A stretch of DNA of 64,000 nt. It comes from Poseidonia sp. Lineage in GTDB: Archaea; Thermoplasmatota; Poseidoniia; Poseidoniales; Poseidoniaceae. Location of the stretch: assembly GCA_965661285.1 (NCBI GenBank), contig CBFIDD010000006.1:1-64000 (forward strand). Direction: 5' to 3'. A program made the position numbers and the translations under genes. Every line of letters begins with the position of its first letter. Position 1 is the stretch's first letter. Below the pieces are notes generated by a model that was not told the origin of the DNA, did no database searches, and was given only the letters and a program-made list of their open reading frames with translations. This document shows positions 26,552 through 36,694 of this stretch, piece after piece.

Positions 26552-28330
26552 TCAGCGCTTTTTCTTTCGCTGGTGGGATTTGGCCAGTGTGCCCGGCGTT
26601 CCACCCCACTCCCACCCAGGAGCAACGGCTCGTGCCAGACCGACCACGTGTCCGCCCTGTAGAACTCGGAGATCGTCCCCCCTGCGAATGGACGGGTCGT
26701 AGTCCGAGACGAGTTGTGAAAACACATCACCACGCCACGAAACATCGTCTTTGAGATGGACAGCAGGGAGGGCTTCATGCTCGTGCAGGAGGTCAATGGA
26801 TGCTCTGGAAAAGGAAAACCCGTTCCTGTCAATGGACCAAACCGCCATTTGCGTGCCGTCACGTTCCAATTTCCATCGCGGGAGCTTCCCTTTGACGACA
26901 AGGTGCTCAAGCCACGCATCGGTGCCCGTCGTCTTCCGAGCGATGCTCATGAAATGCTCCTTCAAACGGTGGCTGTTTTTCTGATTGCGTAACCCGAATG
27001 CTTCCACGGCTGCCTTCACAGCCGCCCCCAATCGTCCCAACGCATCAAAATGCGTCGCCCCTTGGCCTTCGCGAGTGTTGACCACTTCAACAGGCAAGAA
27101 CTCAAGGTCCATGTTGGTGTGATTGATGATCCGTTTGTATCCAAACCGGTCCACCATCGAGGCCAGCATACGTCGAACGCGCTGGAGTTCGTCCGAGGAC
27201 CAATCCCCCGTGACAGGGACATCATAATTTGACGCCGGCCACACATCTTCCAAATCGCGGGGCACGAGCCCCAGTGGAGACGTCATCATGACTTCATGGC
27301 AGCCAGATGAACTGATGGCGCGAAGAAACTGGCTGTGTGATTTCGACAAACGGTAGGGTTTTCTTGCCGAACAAGGCAGAAAAATCATCACGTCTCGAAC
27401 CTTAACGGGCGCTTGGTAGTCCATTGTCATGAAGCGTTCCCAATCTTCGACCAGCGGGTCCACCAACGCGTTGGATGTGTAGCATGGAAACGACCTCGAG
27501 GCCGGTTGGTGGGACGAAAGCGTTCCCTCCCGTTCACACATGAGTGCATGATGACGTCGAAGGTGTTCAACCAAGCGCGGACTGGAAGAGCTTTGTTTTT
27601 CAGCCAAACTTCGCAGAGATTCGTTTTTCACAGCAGCACGCACTTCATCCAAGGCCTTCATGAAATGGTAGGCCTGCGCCTCGAGGGTGGTTTCTTCGTG
27701 TTCAAGCGCTAAACGCGGCCCCCACGCCGTCAGCAAAACGCCGTTGGCTTCGGCTTCTCGGCAACGGGCCAAGTCGAATAAATCCACACCCATGGATGCC
27801 AGCACGGCCACGTTATCTGGTCCACCCAAACCTGGCGTCCACAAGAGGGCACCGGGGAACCGGTGTTTGAGCGTCAGCAGAGCAAGAGGGAGTTTGCCTG
27901 GCTGGCTGGCGAGTTGCAATGCATCGGTAAGGACGACAATCTCGGGTGCGAGCGTGGTATCCGTCAAGGTGTCATCGTGATTCATTCGCTGCCATGAAAC
28001 CGGCAACAACGCCGATGTCCCCTGAATTTCTCCGGCGTTGGCATCCTCGAGCGAAGGTGGCAAAACATGGCCGAGGTTGACGGCATAATGCGGGCCAGCC
28101 TCGGCAAATTCGGGAGGAATAAAGGGGCTGCGGCTGCTGATCTTGAGCGTTGAAGGAAGCGTTGCTGTGCTGGAGGTCGTGAAGCCCGCATAGGCAAGCG
28201 GGAGGGCGGGGTCATCCTCTATGAGAATCAGCGAAGGTGTGGTGGCGGCAGGAGATTTCCGATCGCCCAACCCCCATATCCGAGCATAACGGTCGCGATG
28301 CAAGACGGTACGTGCCAGTACATCGGCCAT
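26552..28330 (-). CDS. arcS: Archaeosine synthase subunit alpha (TGT-like + DUF5591 + PUA)
   Basis: MGVDLFD, LPCSARKPY..SKSH, TSPLGLVPR.LE, YDVPVTG.W, C-terminal PUA-like domain. Confidence 0.88.
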   Translation of the reverse strand: MADVLARTVLHRDRYARIWGLGDRKSPAATTPSLILIEDDPALPLAYAGFTTSSTATLPSTLKISSRSPFIPPEFAEAGPHYAVNLGHVLPPSLEDANAGEIQGTSALLPVSWQRMNHDDTLTDTTLAPEIVVLTDALQLASQPGKLPLALLTLKHRFPGALLWTPGLGGPDNVAVLASMGVDLFDLARCREAEANGVLLTAWGPRLALEHEETTLEAQAYHFMKALDEVRAAVKNESLRSLAEKQSSSSPRLVEHLRRHHALMCEREGTLSSHQPASRSFPCYTSNALVDPLVEDWERFMTMDYQAPVKVRDVMIFLPCSARKPYRLSKSHSQFLRAISSSGCHEVMMTSPLGLVPRDLEDVWPASNYDVPVTGDWSSDELQRVRRMLASMVDRFGYKRIINHTNMDLEFLPVEVVNTREGQGATHFDALGRLGAAVKAAVEAFGLRNQKNSHRLKEHFMSIARKTTGTDAWLEHLVVKGKLPRWKLERDGTQMAVWSIDRNGFSFSRASIDLLHEHEALPAVHLKDDVSWRGDVFSQLVSDYDPSIRRGDDLRVLQGGHVVGLARAVAPGWEWGGTPGTLAKSHQRKKKR

Positions 28331-28414
28331 GGGTGGGGCTAACGCCGTGTCTTCTTGAAGGGTTTGAACCCGAACCGGGGGTGGATTTGAAAGACTCCGC
28401 CTCCACCCGTGACC

Positions 28415-30646
28415 ATGGGTTGGTCACCTCGCCAAGCACGAGCCGTGGTGCTCACCGCCTTGTTGGTGTTGGTGCTCGTGCCGTCCAGTGGCGCGCAATC
28501 GAACGCACCTCCCGTCCTCGACCAACGACTGACCTCCATCTCCGTTGAGCCAAATACGCCCGTGGATGTCCGCATCGAGACGGAAAGCAACACCACCGTC
28601 CTCCTCTCGTGGGCTTGTTCTTCATGCGAGGTCACCGTTGATGATGCACAAATCGGCATCACGACCACCACATACGGCGAATCGATGCTCGGCGTTCATG
28701 TTGAAGACGAAATGGGTATCGACATCCACCTCACCTCCACCGTAACGGAAGTCATTGAGGTGATGGTACTCAACGACATTGACAACACACATCACCACGC
28801 CCTCCGCCCGTCCCCCGGGACAGAGGTCCCAGCGCCATCCATCGGTTTGTGTTCAACACCTGCCGCTTGTATTGATGTCTCCACCGGGACATTATCATCC
28901 CAAACCACAACCGCCAATGATGCAAACTATGTTCATGCTGGTGATGTTCGGGTTTCCGAAGACGAGTACATCGTCTTCGATGCATCAAAGGACGACACCC
29001 TGGAATGGCAATGGCTCGCAACGACTCACGCAATGAACATGCAGGTGTATCACCAGACTTCGGCGGAGGAAGTCTTGCTCAGCGGTGTTTCAACATCGAC
29101 CAGCGAGTTTTCTGTGGTCGATGGGGTCGATGGCGTCCCAATGTATTGGGTTGCACCCGATGACGGACGATTTGTTGTCCGTATGTCGACCGATGATGCG
29201 CATGCGTTGTGGGGTGCATTCGCCTTCCTTCATCCACACCAGCCCGTTGAATCCCTTGTGAACATGGACTTGACCCTGGGTGCCAACATCCTTGGACACG
29301 GAAACACATCGGCACCGTTTGACTGGCCTGATGTGGAAGCCTTGACGCTCAAACCGGTTCACGCACAAACAGCGGTTCAGGTTGACCAACTTCTCAACGG
29401 GGCTTGGGTAGCAGGCGAAGATCACGTGCTGCAGGCAGGGGAAGAGCTGCATGTCTATCCCTACCCCGACGTCGATGCGGGCCGCATCCATGTCGTCAAC
29501 ACCCCCGTATTTTCAGTCGATGTACAACTCACCACTTTCGCAGTTGAAAACGGCCTGGAAGCCCCTTCCTACCTGCCAGAAAACTTGGATGTTGACAACG
29601 CCTCATGGCCCGTAGCCAACCTCACCGAAGCGACGAACGGTGAGTTCACCCTTTCCATTCACGACACGACCGACACCTATCGCATCGTGGTGGATGGCTG
29701 GGAAGATTCCATCCACTTCGTTCAATTTGTGGTAGCCGGGGACATCGCTGGCCTCGAACTCCAACTTTGGGACGTGGACCAAGGCACCTCCGAAACGCTG
29801 TCAACCGACATCACCCAACCCGTTGGAGACCAACTGAAAATCGGTCTCCAAGTCGGCCGAGGGACCCACTACCTCCAAATCCGATTCCAAAATGCTTCGC
29901 AAGCCACACCTCATCTTTGGGGCGAACATGTTGAACCACGGACCTACGTGCTTCAACCTTCATATTCACTCATCGACGAAGGAGAAGAACCTTGGTTCCC
30001 GCCAAGCGAAGATGCCGTGTATTGGGGGAACATCGCCCGCTGGTTCATGGGCATCCTTTTCCTTCTGCCTGTTGTTTATCTCGGCGTCCATATTCGACGC
30101 TCTCGGACCTATGCCGCCTCCGTTGCTGAGAAGAAGGAACGCTTGGCTTGGTACACCTCGCGCCTCGACAGCGGAGAGGCCAGCGTCAAACAGGCCAGAA
30201 CGGACATGGCGAAAGCCTTGCACGCCGTAGCCCAACTCGAATGGCAGGACGGTTTGGATGCATGGGGGCCAGAGCGGATTCAACATCGCACTGAGGACAT
30301 CGCATTGGCGGTCTGGAGTGTGGACGAACGTCTCGTCAACAACGAAGGAGCGTGGCCGGTCGTGGTCGGCGTTCACGTGATGAAAGGGACATGGGATTTG
30401 GCTGCCCTTCGCTTCGATGCGCCGGAAGGCAGCGCTTACGAAGTCGTCCATGTTGAACCCCGATTCTTGTTCCAGGGAGAAGAGGTGTTCCTCGACACCA
30501 TGGGTCCTGGACATCGGGCGTACTTGGTGATTGAACTGAGCGGTTCAGCACAGCAGGTCGATGTGGAGTTGAACGGACGAATGAACGGCGAGCCTTTCGC
30601 TGCACGAATTCCCGAATCACTCCTTCGAAGCGATACCACATCATGA
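28415..30646 (+). CDS. Single-pass membrane protein with large ectodomain and ~180-aa cytoplasmic domain
   Basis: Signal peptide, beta-rich acidic ectodomain, TM (WFMGILFLLPVVYLGV) followed by RRSR. Confidence 0.8.
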   Translation: MGWSPRQARAVVLTALLVLVLVPSSGAQSNAPPVLDQRLTSISVEPNTPVDVRIETESNTTVLLSWACSSCEVTVDDAQIGITTTTYGESMLGVHVEDEMGIDIHLTSTVTEVIEVMVLNDIDNTHHHALRPSPGTEVPAPSIGLCSTPAACIDVSTGTLSSQTTTANDANYVHAGDVRVSEDEYIVFDASKDDTLEWQWLATTHAMNMQVYHQTSAEEVLLSGVSTSTSEFSVVDGVDGVPMYWVAPDDGRFVVRMSTDDAHALWGAFAFLHPHQPVESLVNMDLTLGANILGHGNTSAPFDWPDVEALTLKPVHAQTAVQVDQLLNGAWVAGEDHVLQAGEELHVYPYPDVDAGRIHVVNTPVFSVDVQLTTFAVENGLEAPSYLPENLDVDNASWPVANLTEATNGEFTLSIHDTTDTYRIVVDGWEDSIHFVQFVVAGDIAGLELQLWDVDQGTSETLSTDITQPVGDQLKIGLQVGRGTHYLQIRFQNASQATPHLWGEHVEPRTYVLQPSYSLIDEGEEPWFPPSEDAVYWGNIARWFMGILFLLPVVYLGVHIRRSRTYAASVAEKKERLAWYTSRLDSGEASVKQARTDMAKALHAVAQLEWQDGLDAWGPERIQHRTEDIALAVWSVDERLVNNEGAWPVVVGVHVMKGTWDLAALRFDAPEGSAYEVVHVEPRFLFQGEEVFLDTMGPGHRAYLVIELSGSAQQVDVELNGRMNGEPFAARIPESLLRSDTTS

Positions 30647-31762
30647 GCGGCGTCGCTCAACCGCATCGTCGAGGATGCTTTGCTCCGTATCAGCAGGTGC
30701 GAGGGCAGCACGGAGGGAATCAAGACTCTTTTTTGCTGACTTGGGTACCTTTTTGGGCATGTGCAATTTGAGCAGCACAACAACATCCCCTCTGCCGCCG
30801 CCTCGTTGCCGGGGCAGCCCACGTTTTCTGATCTCAATGGTTTCACCCGAGTTGGAGTAGGCTGGAACTTTGATTTGGAGAGGCTTGCCGTCAAGGTGTT
30901 CTAGTTCAACAGTGGTGCCGAGAAGAAGATCGCTGTAGCCAAGCGGCAGGGACATGATGAGGTCCGTTCCGGAGCGTTCGAACCAGCGGTGTGGTTCAAT
31001 TTCCAATTCAATGAACAAATCGCCGGGCTCTCCAATCCCTTGGGGCGCCGGCTCGCCCTTGCCACGCATCCGCAATCTCGTCCCGGACTCTGCACCTTCT
31101 GGAACGCTAAAGCGAAGCGTGTTCGACTTCATCTCTCGCCCGCGTCCACCGCAATCATCGCATGCGTGTTCAGCGATCTTCCCCCGACCGCCGCAATCCT
31201 GACAGGGCTGAACCGATTCTTGGATGAATGGACCCACCTGTTGGCGGACACGAACCTGCCCTTGACCCGAACAGGACGAGCAGGTTTTGAGGTCGCCGCC
31301 CTTTGCACCGGTACCATCGCATGTGGTGCAAGGTTCGGGCAGGTCAATGACCAATTCTTGCTCTGACCCGAGAAAGACATCCTTGAGTTCCACCGAATGG
31401 CGTAAAAGGATATCATTTCCACGGCGAGATTGGCGTCGACGGGAACCTCCACCAAAAAACGAGGAGAAGAAGTCCCCGCCCAAAATATCCTCGAGGTTGA
31501 TGTTGATGCCGCCGCCAAACCCACCGAAGGGAGATCCTTGAGGGCCGTCGTGGCCAAATCGGTCGTACTGCACCCTTTTTTGATCGTCTGAGAGCACCGC
31601 ATATGCTTCCTGTATCTCCTTGAAACGGTCCTCTGCGTCAGGCTCTGAACTCCTGTCTGGATGGTATTTTCGGGCCAAACGCCGGAAGGCGTTTTTCAAA
31701 TCCCCGGCCGAAGCGGATTTCTCGACCCCCAAGACTTCGTAGTAGTCTCGTTTGTCACTCAT
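30641..31762 (-). CDS. dnaJ: Chaperone DnaJ
   Basis: RDYYEVLGV, HPD, G/F-rich region, four CxxCxGxG repeats, C-terminal domain. Confidence 0.97.
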   Translation of the reverse strand: MSDKRDYYEVLGVEKSASAGDLKNAFRRLARKYHPDRSSEPDAEDRFKEIQEAYAVLSDDQKRVQYDRFGHDGPQGSPFGGFGGGININLEDILGGDFFSSFFGGGSRRRQSRRGNDILLRHSVELKDVFLGSEQELVIDLPEPCTTCDGTGAKGGDLKTCSSCSGQGQVRVRQQVGPFIQESVQPCQDCGGRGKIAEHACDDCGGRGREMKSNTLRFSVPEGAESGTRLRMRGKGEPAPQGIGEPGDLFIELEIEPHRWFERSGTDLIMSLPLGYSDLLLGTTVELEHLDGKPLQIKVPAYSNSGETIEIRKRGLPRQRGGGRGDVVVLLKLHMPKKVPKSAKKSLDSLRAALAPADTEQSILDDAVERRRS

Positions 31763-31818
31763 AGGCTCGTCCTCGTCTCCCACGATGCGGGGCCTGTTTT
31801 GAACCTCACGCCTCGTCC

Positions 31819-32754
31819 TCAAAGGTCAAGCCCGCAATGAGGGCAGAACCGTTCTGTGGCGCCGACGGGTGCAGAACAACCTCGACATTGCGGGCCCGTG
31901 GTCGCGATGTGGACCGATGGGGATGAAGCCTGACCCATCATGGCCATGCTTTCCAAGGATTCGGATACCGGTGGGACCTGCTTGATCGAGGTCGGCACGT
32001 CAACATCCTGTTTCACCCTGCCCGAAGTGGTCATGACGGTCTCAACACCCCCAGAATCGCTCATTGAGGTCATGTTGATTTCAGAATCATCGTTCGCCTT
32101 GTTCAATCGAAGAGGAGCTACGGGTCGCTGGGCGGTGACAGGAGCCGTTGCTGCAGCTTGCCGGAGCCTGGCCTGGCGCTCCGCTTCTCGGTCGGCTCGA
32201 CTGTCAAACCCAAACAATCCAAACACAGCATCGAGAAAACGGTCCATCGGCCCAACCCTTCGCTGAGCACCGATGGTACCCGCAACCGTTTCCTCGTCAA
32301 GGTTGGAACTGCCCGTAACCCGAGCATTCGCTTTGACGATGTGGTCGGCCTCACTGAGCATCCGCACTTCGACCTTGGAATCCTCATCCAATTCCATTTC
32401 GGGGGCTTCGCCGGAGAGTTCTGAAATCGACCGAGACAACCCCATCTGTGTCTGCTGGTCCATGGTGCCGTCCAGCGCCACGTCTTTTGACCAAACGCCG
32501 GCTTCCTCTGCCTCGTAGACATGTTTGATTTTCCGCATGGCCTTGGCCCTGTTGTATTCGTGGTCCTTGACCACGCCCGTCCGTCGATAAACAAGGTAAC
32601 ACAGCAGGAGTGCAACAGCGTACCAGCCGTACATCAGCGCAGATTCAATTTCAAACATGGCTTGCAGAGGCGGAAGAGAAAGATGCGTTGCACCCATCAA
32701 GAGGAGCGGGAGTGCGCTCAAACTCCGATTGGTGAGGCCTTTGGTTTCCGCCAT
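31819..32754 (-). CDS. Membrane protein with C-terminal Zn ribbon
   Basis: Two N-terminal hydrophobic segments; CRGC...FCPHCG; AGGTGA RBS. Confidence 0.75.
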   Translation of the reverse strand: MAETKGLTNRSLSALPLLLMGATHLSLPPLQAMFEIESALMYGWYAVALLLCYLVYRRTGVVKDHEYNRAKAMRKIKHVYEAEEAGVWSKDVALDGTMDQQTQMGLSRSISELSGEAPEMELDEDSKVEVRMLSEADHIVKANARVTGSSNLDEETVAGTIGAQRRVGPMDRFLDAVFGLFGFDSRADREAERQARLRQAAATAPVTAQRPVAPLRLNKANDDSEINMTSMSDSGGVETVMTTSGRVKQDVDVPTSIKQVPPVSESLESMAMMGQASSPSVHIATTGPQCRGCSAPVGATERFCPHCGLDL

Positions 32755-32809
32755 GTGGTTCACCTTGATGACTTGACGGTGCCCTCATGTATCTATTGGC
32801 TTCTTGTGT

Positions 32810-33847
32810 TCACGCACGGTCGGTTGGAAGACGACCTTTTCTCAGCAAGCCGTCAGCGAGTCCCAGTGTGAAACTGATGTGAAGCATCAGCAAACACACC
32901 GGGACACCCACAACCGAAGAAAAACGTCGTTGGCGAACAGCCTCAACCGCCCCACCCAGCAACAAAACAACGGCGTAGACAACCAAAGGCGACACGGCCG
33001 CCTGATGATTGGCCAAGAAAAGTACAGCCACGAGGACAAGACCAAGCAGGGGTAAAAATTCCTGCCATTTCGCTCGTCCGGGGTGTTTGAGAAGAACCTT
33101 GGTTCTCCAAAATCCGTAGCGATGGCCCATTTTCCACCACTGACGAAGCCCGCTTCGCTTGTGCATGCGTACGGTTGGCAGGGGGTGCCGATACAGGCGC
33201 TTTCCCGCTTTCAGCAGACGCATGGAGAGATCGCTGTCCTGGCTTGTGATGAACGATTCGTCCCAACCCCCTACAGCATCAACCGCCTCACGACGATGCA
33301 TCACAAAGGCAGGAACGTTGGTCGGGCCCGGAACGGTGAATTGACTGAATTGGCCGCCGCTTCGCCCGAGCGGTGAGGCCAGAGCACCCTCGACCCAATC
33401 GCCCACACGGGTACGACGATGTTCCGCCTTGAGCACACGAACCCCAACACCTGCCAAGCCGTCGGGCGCCAAGGCTTCGCAATCTTCCCAAGCACGAAAG
33501 CGTTGCTCGAGATGGTCCTCGGAAACCGTGGCGTGCCCGATCATTTCAACGGTGAACTGTACGCTCTCGGGCAGAATTTTCAGAGCGAGATTACGGGCAT
33601 GCGCCACCGTTCGTTGTGGATTCTTATCCAGCACCAAACGTGGCCATTTCGAATCCTGATGCTCCTTGATCAGCCGCTGAACAATGGCGACCGTCCCGTC
33701 ATCGGAACCACCATCGAGAACGAGAATCATGTGGCTGGTCGGTTCAAGTGTTTGATGAAGTAAACTGGTGAGACACGCCTCAATGAATTCGGCTTCGTTG
33801 AGCACGGGAACGACGGTCGCCAGCAACGGCATGCCGTCCCCATCCAT
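32810..33847 (-). CDS. GT2 glycosyltransferase (ExoA-like) with C-terminal TMs
   Basis: VVPVLNE, LDGGSDDGT, ARN, VGGWDE...SQD.DL..R. Confidence 0.9.
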   Translation of the reverse strand: MDGDGMPLLATVVPVLNEAEFIEACLTSLLHQTLEPTSHMILVLDGGSDDGTVAIVQRLIKEHQDSKWPRLVLDKNPQRTVAHARNLALKILPESVQFTVEMIGHATVSEDHLEQRFRAWEDCEALAPDGLAGVGVRVLKAEHRRTRVGDWVEGALASPLGRSGGQFSQFTVPGPTNVPAFVMHRREAVDAVGGWDESFITSQDSDLSMRLLKAGKRLYRHPLPTVRMHKRSGLRQWWKMGHRYGFWRTKVLLKHPGRAKWQEFLPLLGLVLVAVLFLANHQAAVSPLVVYAVVLLLGGAVEAVRQRRFSSVVGVPVCLLMLHISFTLGLADGLLRKGRLPTDRA

Positions 33848-33936
33848 GAAGGAGGCTGGAACGCCCCGGTTTTCACCTCTTCGCCATGCAGTGAGACCGC
33901 CCGCATGTTCTTTGAGTGACGGCCCCTGCCACAGCC

Positions 33937-34452
33937 ATGGAAGGCTCTCGCATCCGGCTCACGGGAACGGGCGAAGGGTTTGCAACCAAGGTGCACACGG
34001 TTCTTTCGGGAGCCGATTCTCCACAGAGCGTCCTTGCTGCTCTTCAACTCCTTTTTCCCGAAATACAGCTGGATGACCTTCCCGGTGAGCCCTCGTTTGG
34101 CCACGCCTCTCACCACGAATGGGCCTTTGTAGACGTCTCGTTGCATGCGTTCCTCAATCAACTGCACGAACAGCGAATATTGGACACAGCCTTGGACGCC
34201 ATGTCACTCAACATGGAAGGAACATCCACGACGTTCTCGATTGCACGACAGGCGGCGGTTGCCGGAAAAATCGCCTTTCCCATACCGGGAGACCGTCCCC
34301 TTGGCGGGGTGATTGACATCACGATTTCCGGCCAAGGTCTCGCCGATTGGCTTCAAGCAGCGACATGGCATGCGGGTCGAAGCCAAGTTCCCCGTCATAT
34401 CAACGACGAGCGTTCGATGGAAGCCGACGGTGAGGCGACGACTTGGGTTTGA
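33937..34452 (+). CDS. Hypothetical protein, possible COG1931/RNA-binding family
   Basis: V.AAL..LFP, L.EQRILDTA, RQAAVAGK motifs. Confidence 0.65.
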   Translation: MEGSRIRLTGTGEGFATKVHTVLSGADSPQSVLAALQLLFPEIQLDDLPGEPSFGHASHHEWAFVDVSLHAFLNQLHEQRILDTALDAMSLNMEGTSTTFSIARQAAVAGKIAFPIPGDRPLGGVIDITISGQGLADWLQAATWHAGRSQVPRHINDERSMEADGEATTWV

Positions 34453-35464
34453 TGATGTTCAGCAAACGTTCAGCCATCTCTCCATCCCGACCGGCCCAGA
34501 CCAAGGCATCGTCAGTGAAATCACCCCTCCAATCAAAGGCGTCGTGAACGGTCATGGCGGGCTCCGCGTCATCGTCAACCGAGGTGCACAAGACGAGATG
34601 AATGGCAAAGTGTGCGTCGCCCCTCGACCGATACCATGTGCCAAGGGGATGCAACGGCGACACCTCAAGGTCCAATTCTTCTCGGACCTCCCGAACAACG
34701 GCGTCACGCCAATGCTCACCGGGTTCACACTTCCCACCAGGAAATTCCCATCGTCCAGCGTCAGCCTCTTGGGACTGTCGTCGGGTGATGAGCACACGGT
34801 CCTGCTTTCGGACGGCCGCTGCTACAACGTGAACCGCATCATGAGGATAGGGTCGCAGAAGATGGGCGAGGCATGCCTCAACGAAGGCCTCCGCCATGGG
34901 AGCTGGCAGGTGGTCCTCGCTGGGCAAATGGAGGAAGAGGACAGGTGGGGGAAGCGGTGTAGCACCTGGACCGCTTGAGAGGGCCTTCAGGGTCGCATGG
35001 TACGTTTCGTTGCAAAGATACGCCCCGGCGTCCACCGAAAGGGTGTAAGCGCTTGGAAAGTGTTCGGGGCTCCAAACAGACGGGTCGACCCAGCAACCTC
35101 GTGCGCCCTGTCCATCGATGATTGTGTTGTTCACCTGTCGGCCTGCGTTATCTGGAATATGCATATCCAACGTGTCCCTCGCCAGGCATTCAATTCGTGG
35201 CACCGTGCATGAATCACACAACCCCACGTGAAGAATCGCGTCCCATCGTTCGCCACCATCAATTCGCTGGGAGGTTTTTTGAGCACCTCGTGAATCCACG
35301 GAGAGGACATCGGTGGCTATGGAAAGGTAGAGGGGTTCCTTTGACCACGGACATGCCAAGGCGCGTTCACCGGCCATCTTCGATACAACGGTTTGGCTGA
35401 TGTTGGTCGCATGCCCTCCAAAGGGTTCGAACCCCGTGAGGAGCACATTGTACTCAGGTGCCAT
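34400..35464 (-). CDS. Pyroglutamyl peptidase I (C15) - NUDIX (MutT-like) fusion
   Basis: LTGFEPFGG..N, DAGAYLCN, FLHLP; then WEFPGGKCEPGE....AVVREVREEL. Confidence 0.9.
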   Translation of the reverse strand: MAPEYNVLLTGFEPFGGHATNISQTVVSKMAGERALACPWSKEPLYLSIATDVLSVDSRGAQKTSQRIDGGERWDAILHVGLCDSCTVPRIECLARDTLDMHIPDNAGRQVNNTIIDGQGARGCWVDPSVWSPEHFPSAYTLSVDAGAYLCNETYHATLKALSSGPGATPLPPPVLFLHLPSEDHLPAPMAEAFVEACLAHLLRPYPHDAVHVVAAAVRKQDRVLITRRQSQEADAGRWEFPGGKCEPGEHWRDAVVREVREELDLEVSPLHPLGTWYRSRGDAHFAIHLVLCTSVDDDAEPAMTVHDAFDWRGDFTDDALVWAGRDGEMAERLLNIIKPKSSPHRRLPSNARR

Positions 35465-35549
35465 GCTCCGAACGGTGCGCCTCAGTTATTGATACATCCT
35501 CCCTGATTGTCTGCGTCATCTTGACAAAGAAGAAACGATACCCCGTTTC

Positions 35550-35885
35550 ATGGAAGAGGAATTGGTGGTTCAATTCACCCCCGAGACCAATTCCGTCAAA
35601 GAGGGCATTCTCCCGGTGCGAATCGTCAAGGAAATTTGGCGTGAAATCACCTTTGGTGTGGGAACATGGGGGGCTTTGAGACCACTTGTAGCGGCGTTAT
35701 TGGCGGTCGTACCGTTCCTCTTTTTGGGCCAACATTTCAATCGGCAACACCGCCGAGGTTTCGAATGGTCGTTCCTTCAAATCCCACTGGCCTTCACCGT
35801 CCTTTTGTGGATCGGTTTGTACCTTTGGTCCATTTTTGACGCATGGCGGGATGCGGTAGCGGCCTTGGGTCAAGGCCAGAGTTGA
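35550..35885 (+). CDS. Small membrane protein
   Basis: Two to three hydrophobic segments; LGQHFN.Q..RG and WSIFDAW motifs. Confidence 0.72.
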   Translation: MEEELVVQFTPETNSVKEGILPVRIVKEIWREITFGVGTWGALRPLVAALLAVVPFLFLGQHFNRQHRRGFEWSFLQIPLAFTVLLWIGLYLWSIFDAWRDAVAALGQGQS

Positions 35886-36658
35886 TCGCGGACGGGGATG
35901 CTTCCGTCGGCCAACCCAGCCATGTCGTTGAGATCGTCGGCATCGAATTCATTGGGTAATTCACCAAAAATGAAGTTCGAAATATCACCGGATTCTACCG
36001 CCCAGTACATCACGGATTCTTCGTTATTTGAGTGCCCCGGATGTTCATCGTCTTCGTGGTCAACCGGTGATTGGTACACCAAATTCACCAAGCCAAGCAA
36101 ATGACCGACTTCGTGGATGAGGACGCTGTTTTCAACATCTTCAATGGATGGACGGCCAAATGGACCATCGGCTTCATCGATGGAATCACTGAACAGCGCA
36201 ACCGTCGAGGCATCAACGGCAACACCCAGCACCGAATCTGTCTCGTAAGTTCCCGAGGGGAACATGACTTGCCAGTAGAGGGTGGTTCCCTCCCTTGGGG
36301 AATGGTCCTTCGTTGCCCAGCCCTTGTCCCGAACGTCCTGAGCCGACCATGTCCCTTCGTGCTCAAAGGAGACCTCTTCAAACGAGACAGAAATTCCAGA
36401 AGGTTTGTCGCAGACTTGCTCCAAACGGTCAACGAGCATGTCCGTGCTGCTTGAGAACGGCCGATACCCTGGTTCGTGTGTGATTTCAACGACCATCGAG
36501 GTGTACATGCTGCTGCGGAGGCACGCCAAGGTGAGGCCACCGGGAACGCCTTTCTTTTCTGGCAGCAGGGTCAAATTTTCATCGCCTAAACAGCCTGAAA
36601 GTCCACACGCAAGCATCATGCTCACGAGAAGGAAAGCGAGTGGGGCACGCCGTGCCAT
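35870..36658 (-). CDS. Lipoprotein zinc metallopeptidase
   Basis: Lipobox LSGC; HEVGHLLGL; SVMY Met-turn. Confidence 0.85.
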   Translation of the reverse strand: MARRAPLAFLLVSMMLACGLSGCLGDENLTLLPEKKGVPGGLTLACLRSSMYTSMVVEITHEPGYRPFSSSTDMLVDRLEQVCDKPSGISVSFEEVSFEHEGTWSAQDVRDKGWATKDHSPREGTTLYWQVMFPSGTYETDSVLGVAVDASTVALFSDSIDEADGPFGRPSIEDVENSVLIHEVGHLLGLVNLVYQSPVDHEDDEHPGHSNNEESVMYWAVESGDISNFIFGELPNEFDADDLNDMAGLADGSIPVRDQLWP

Positions 36659-36694
36659 GGCTCCTGCTCGCATGATGTCTTTTTGAATCTCTGC

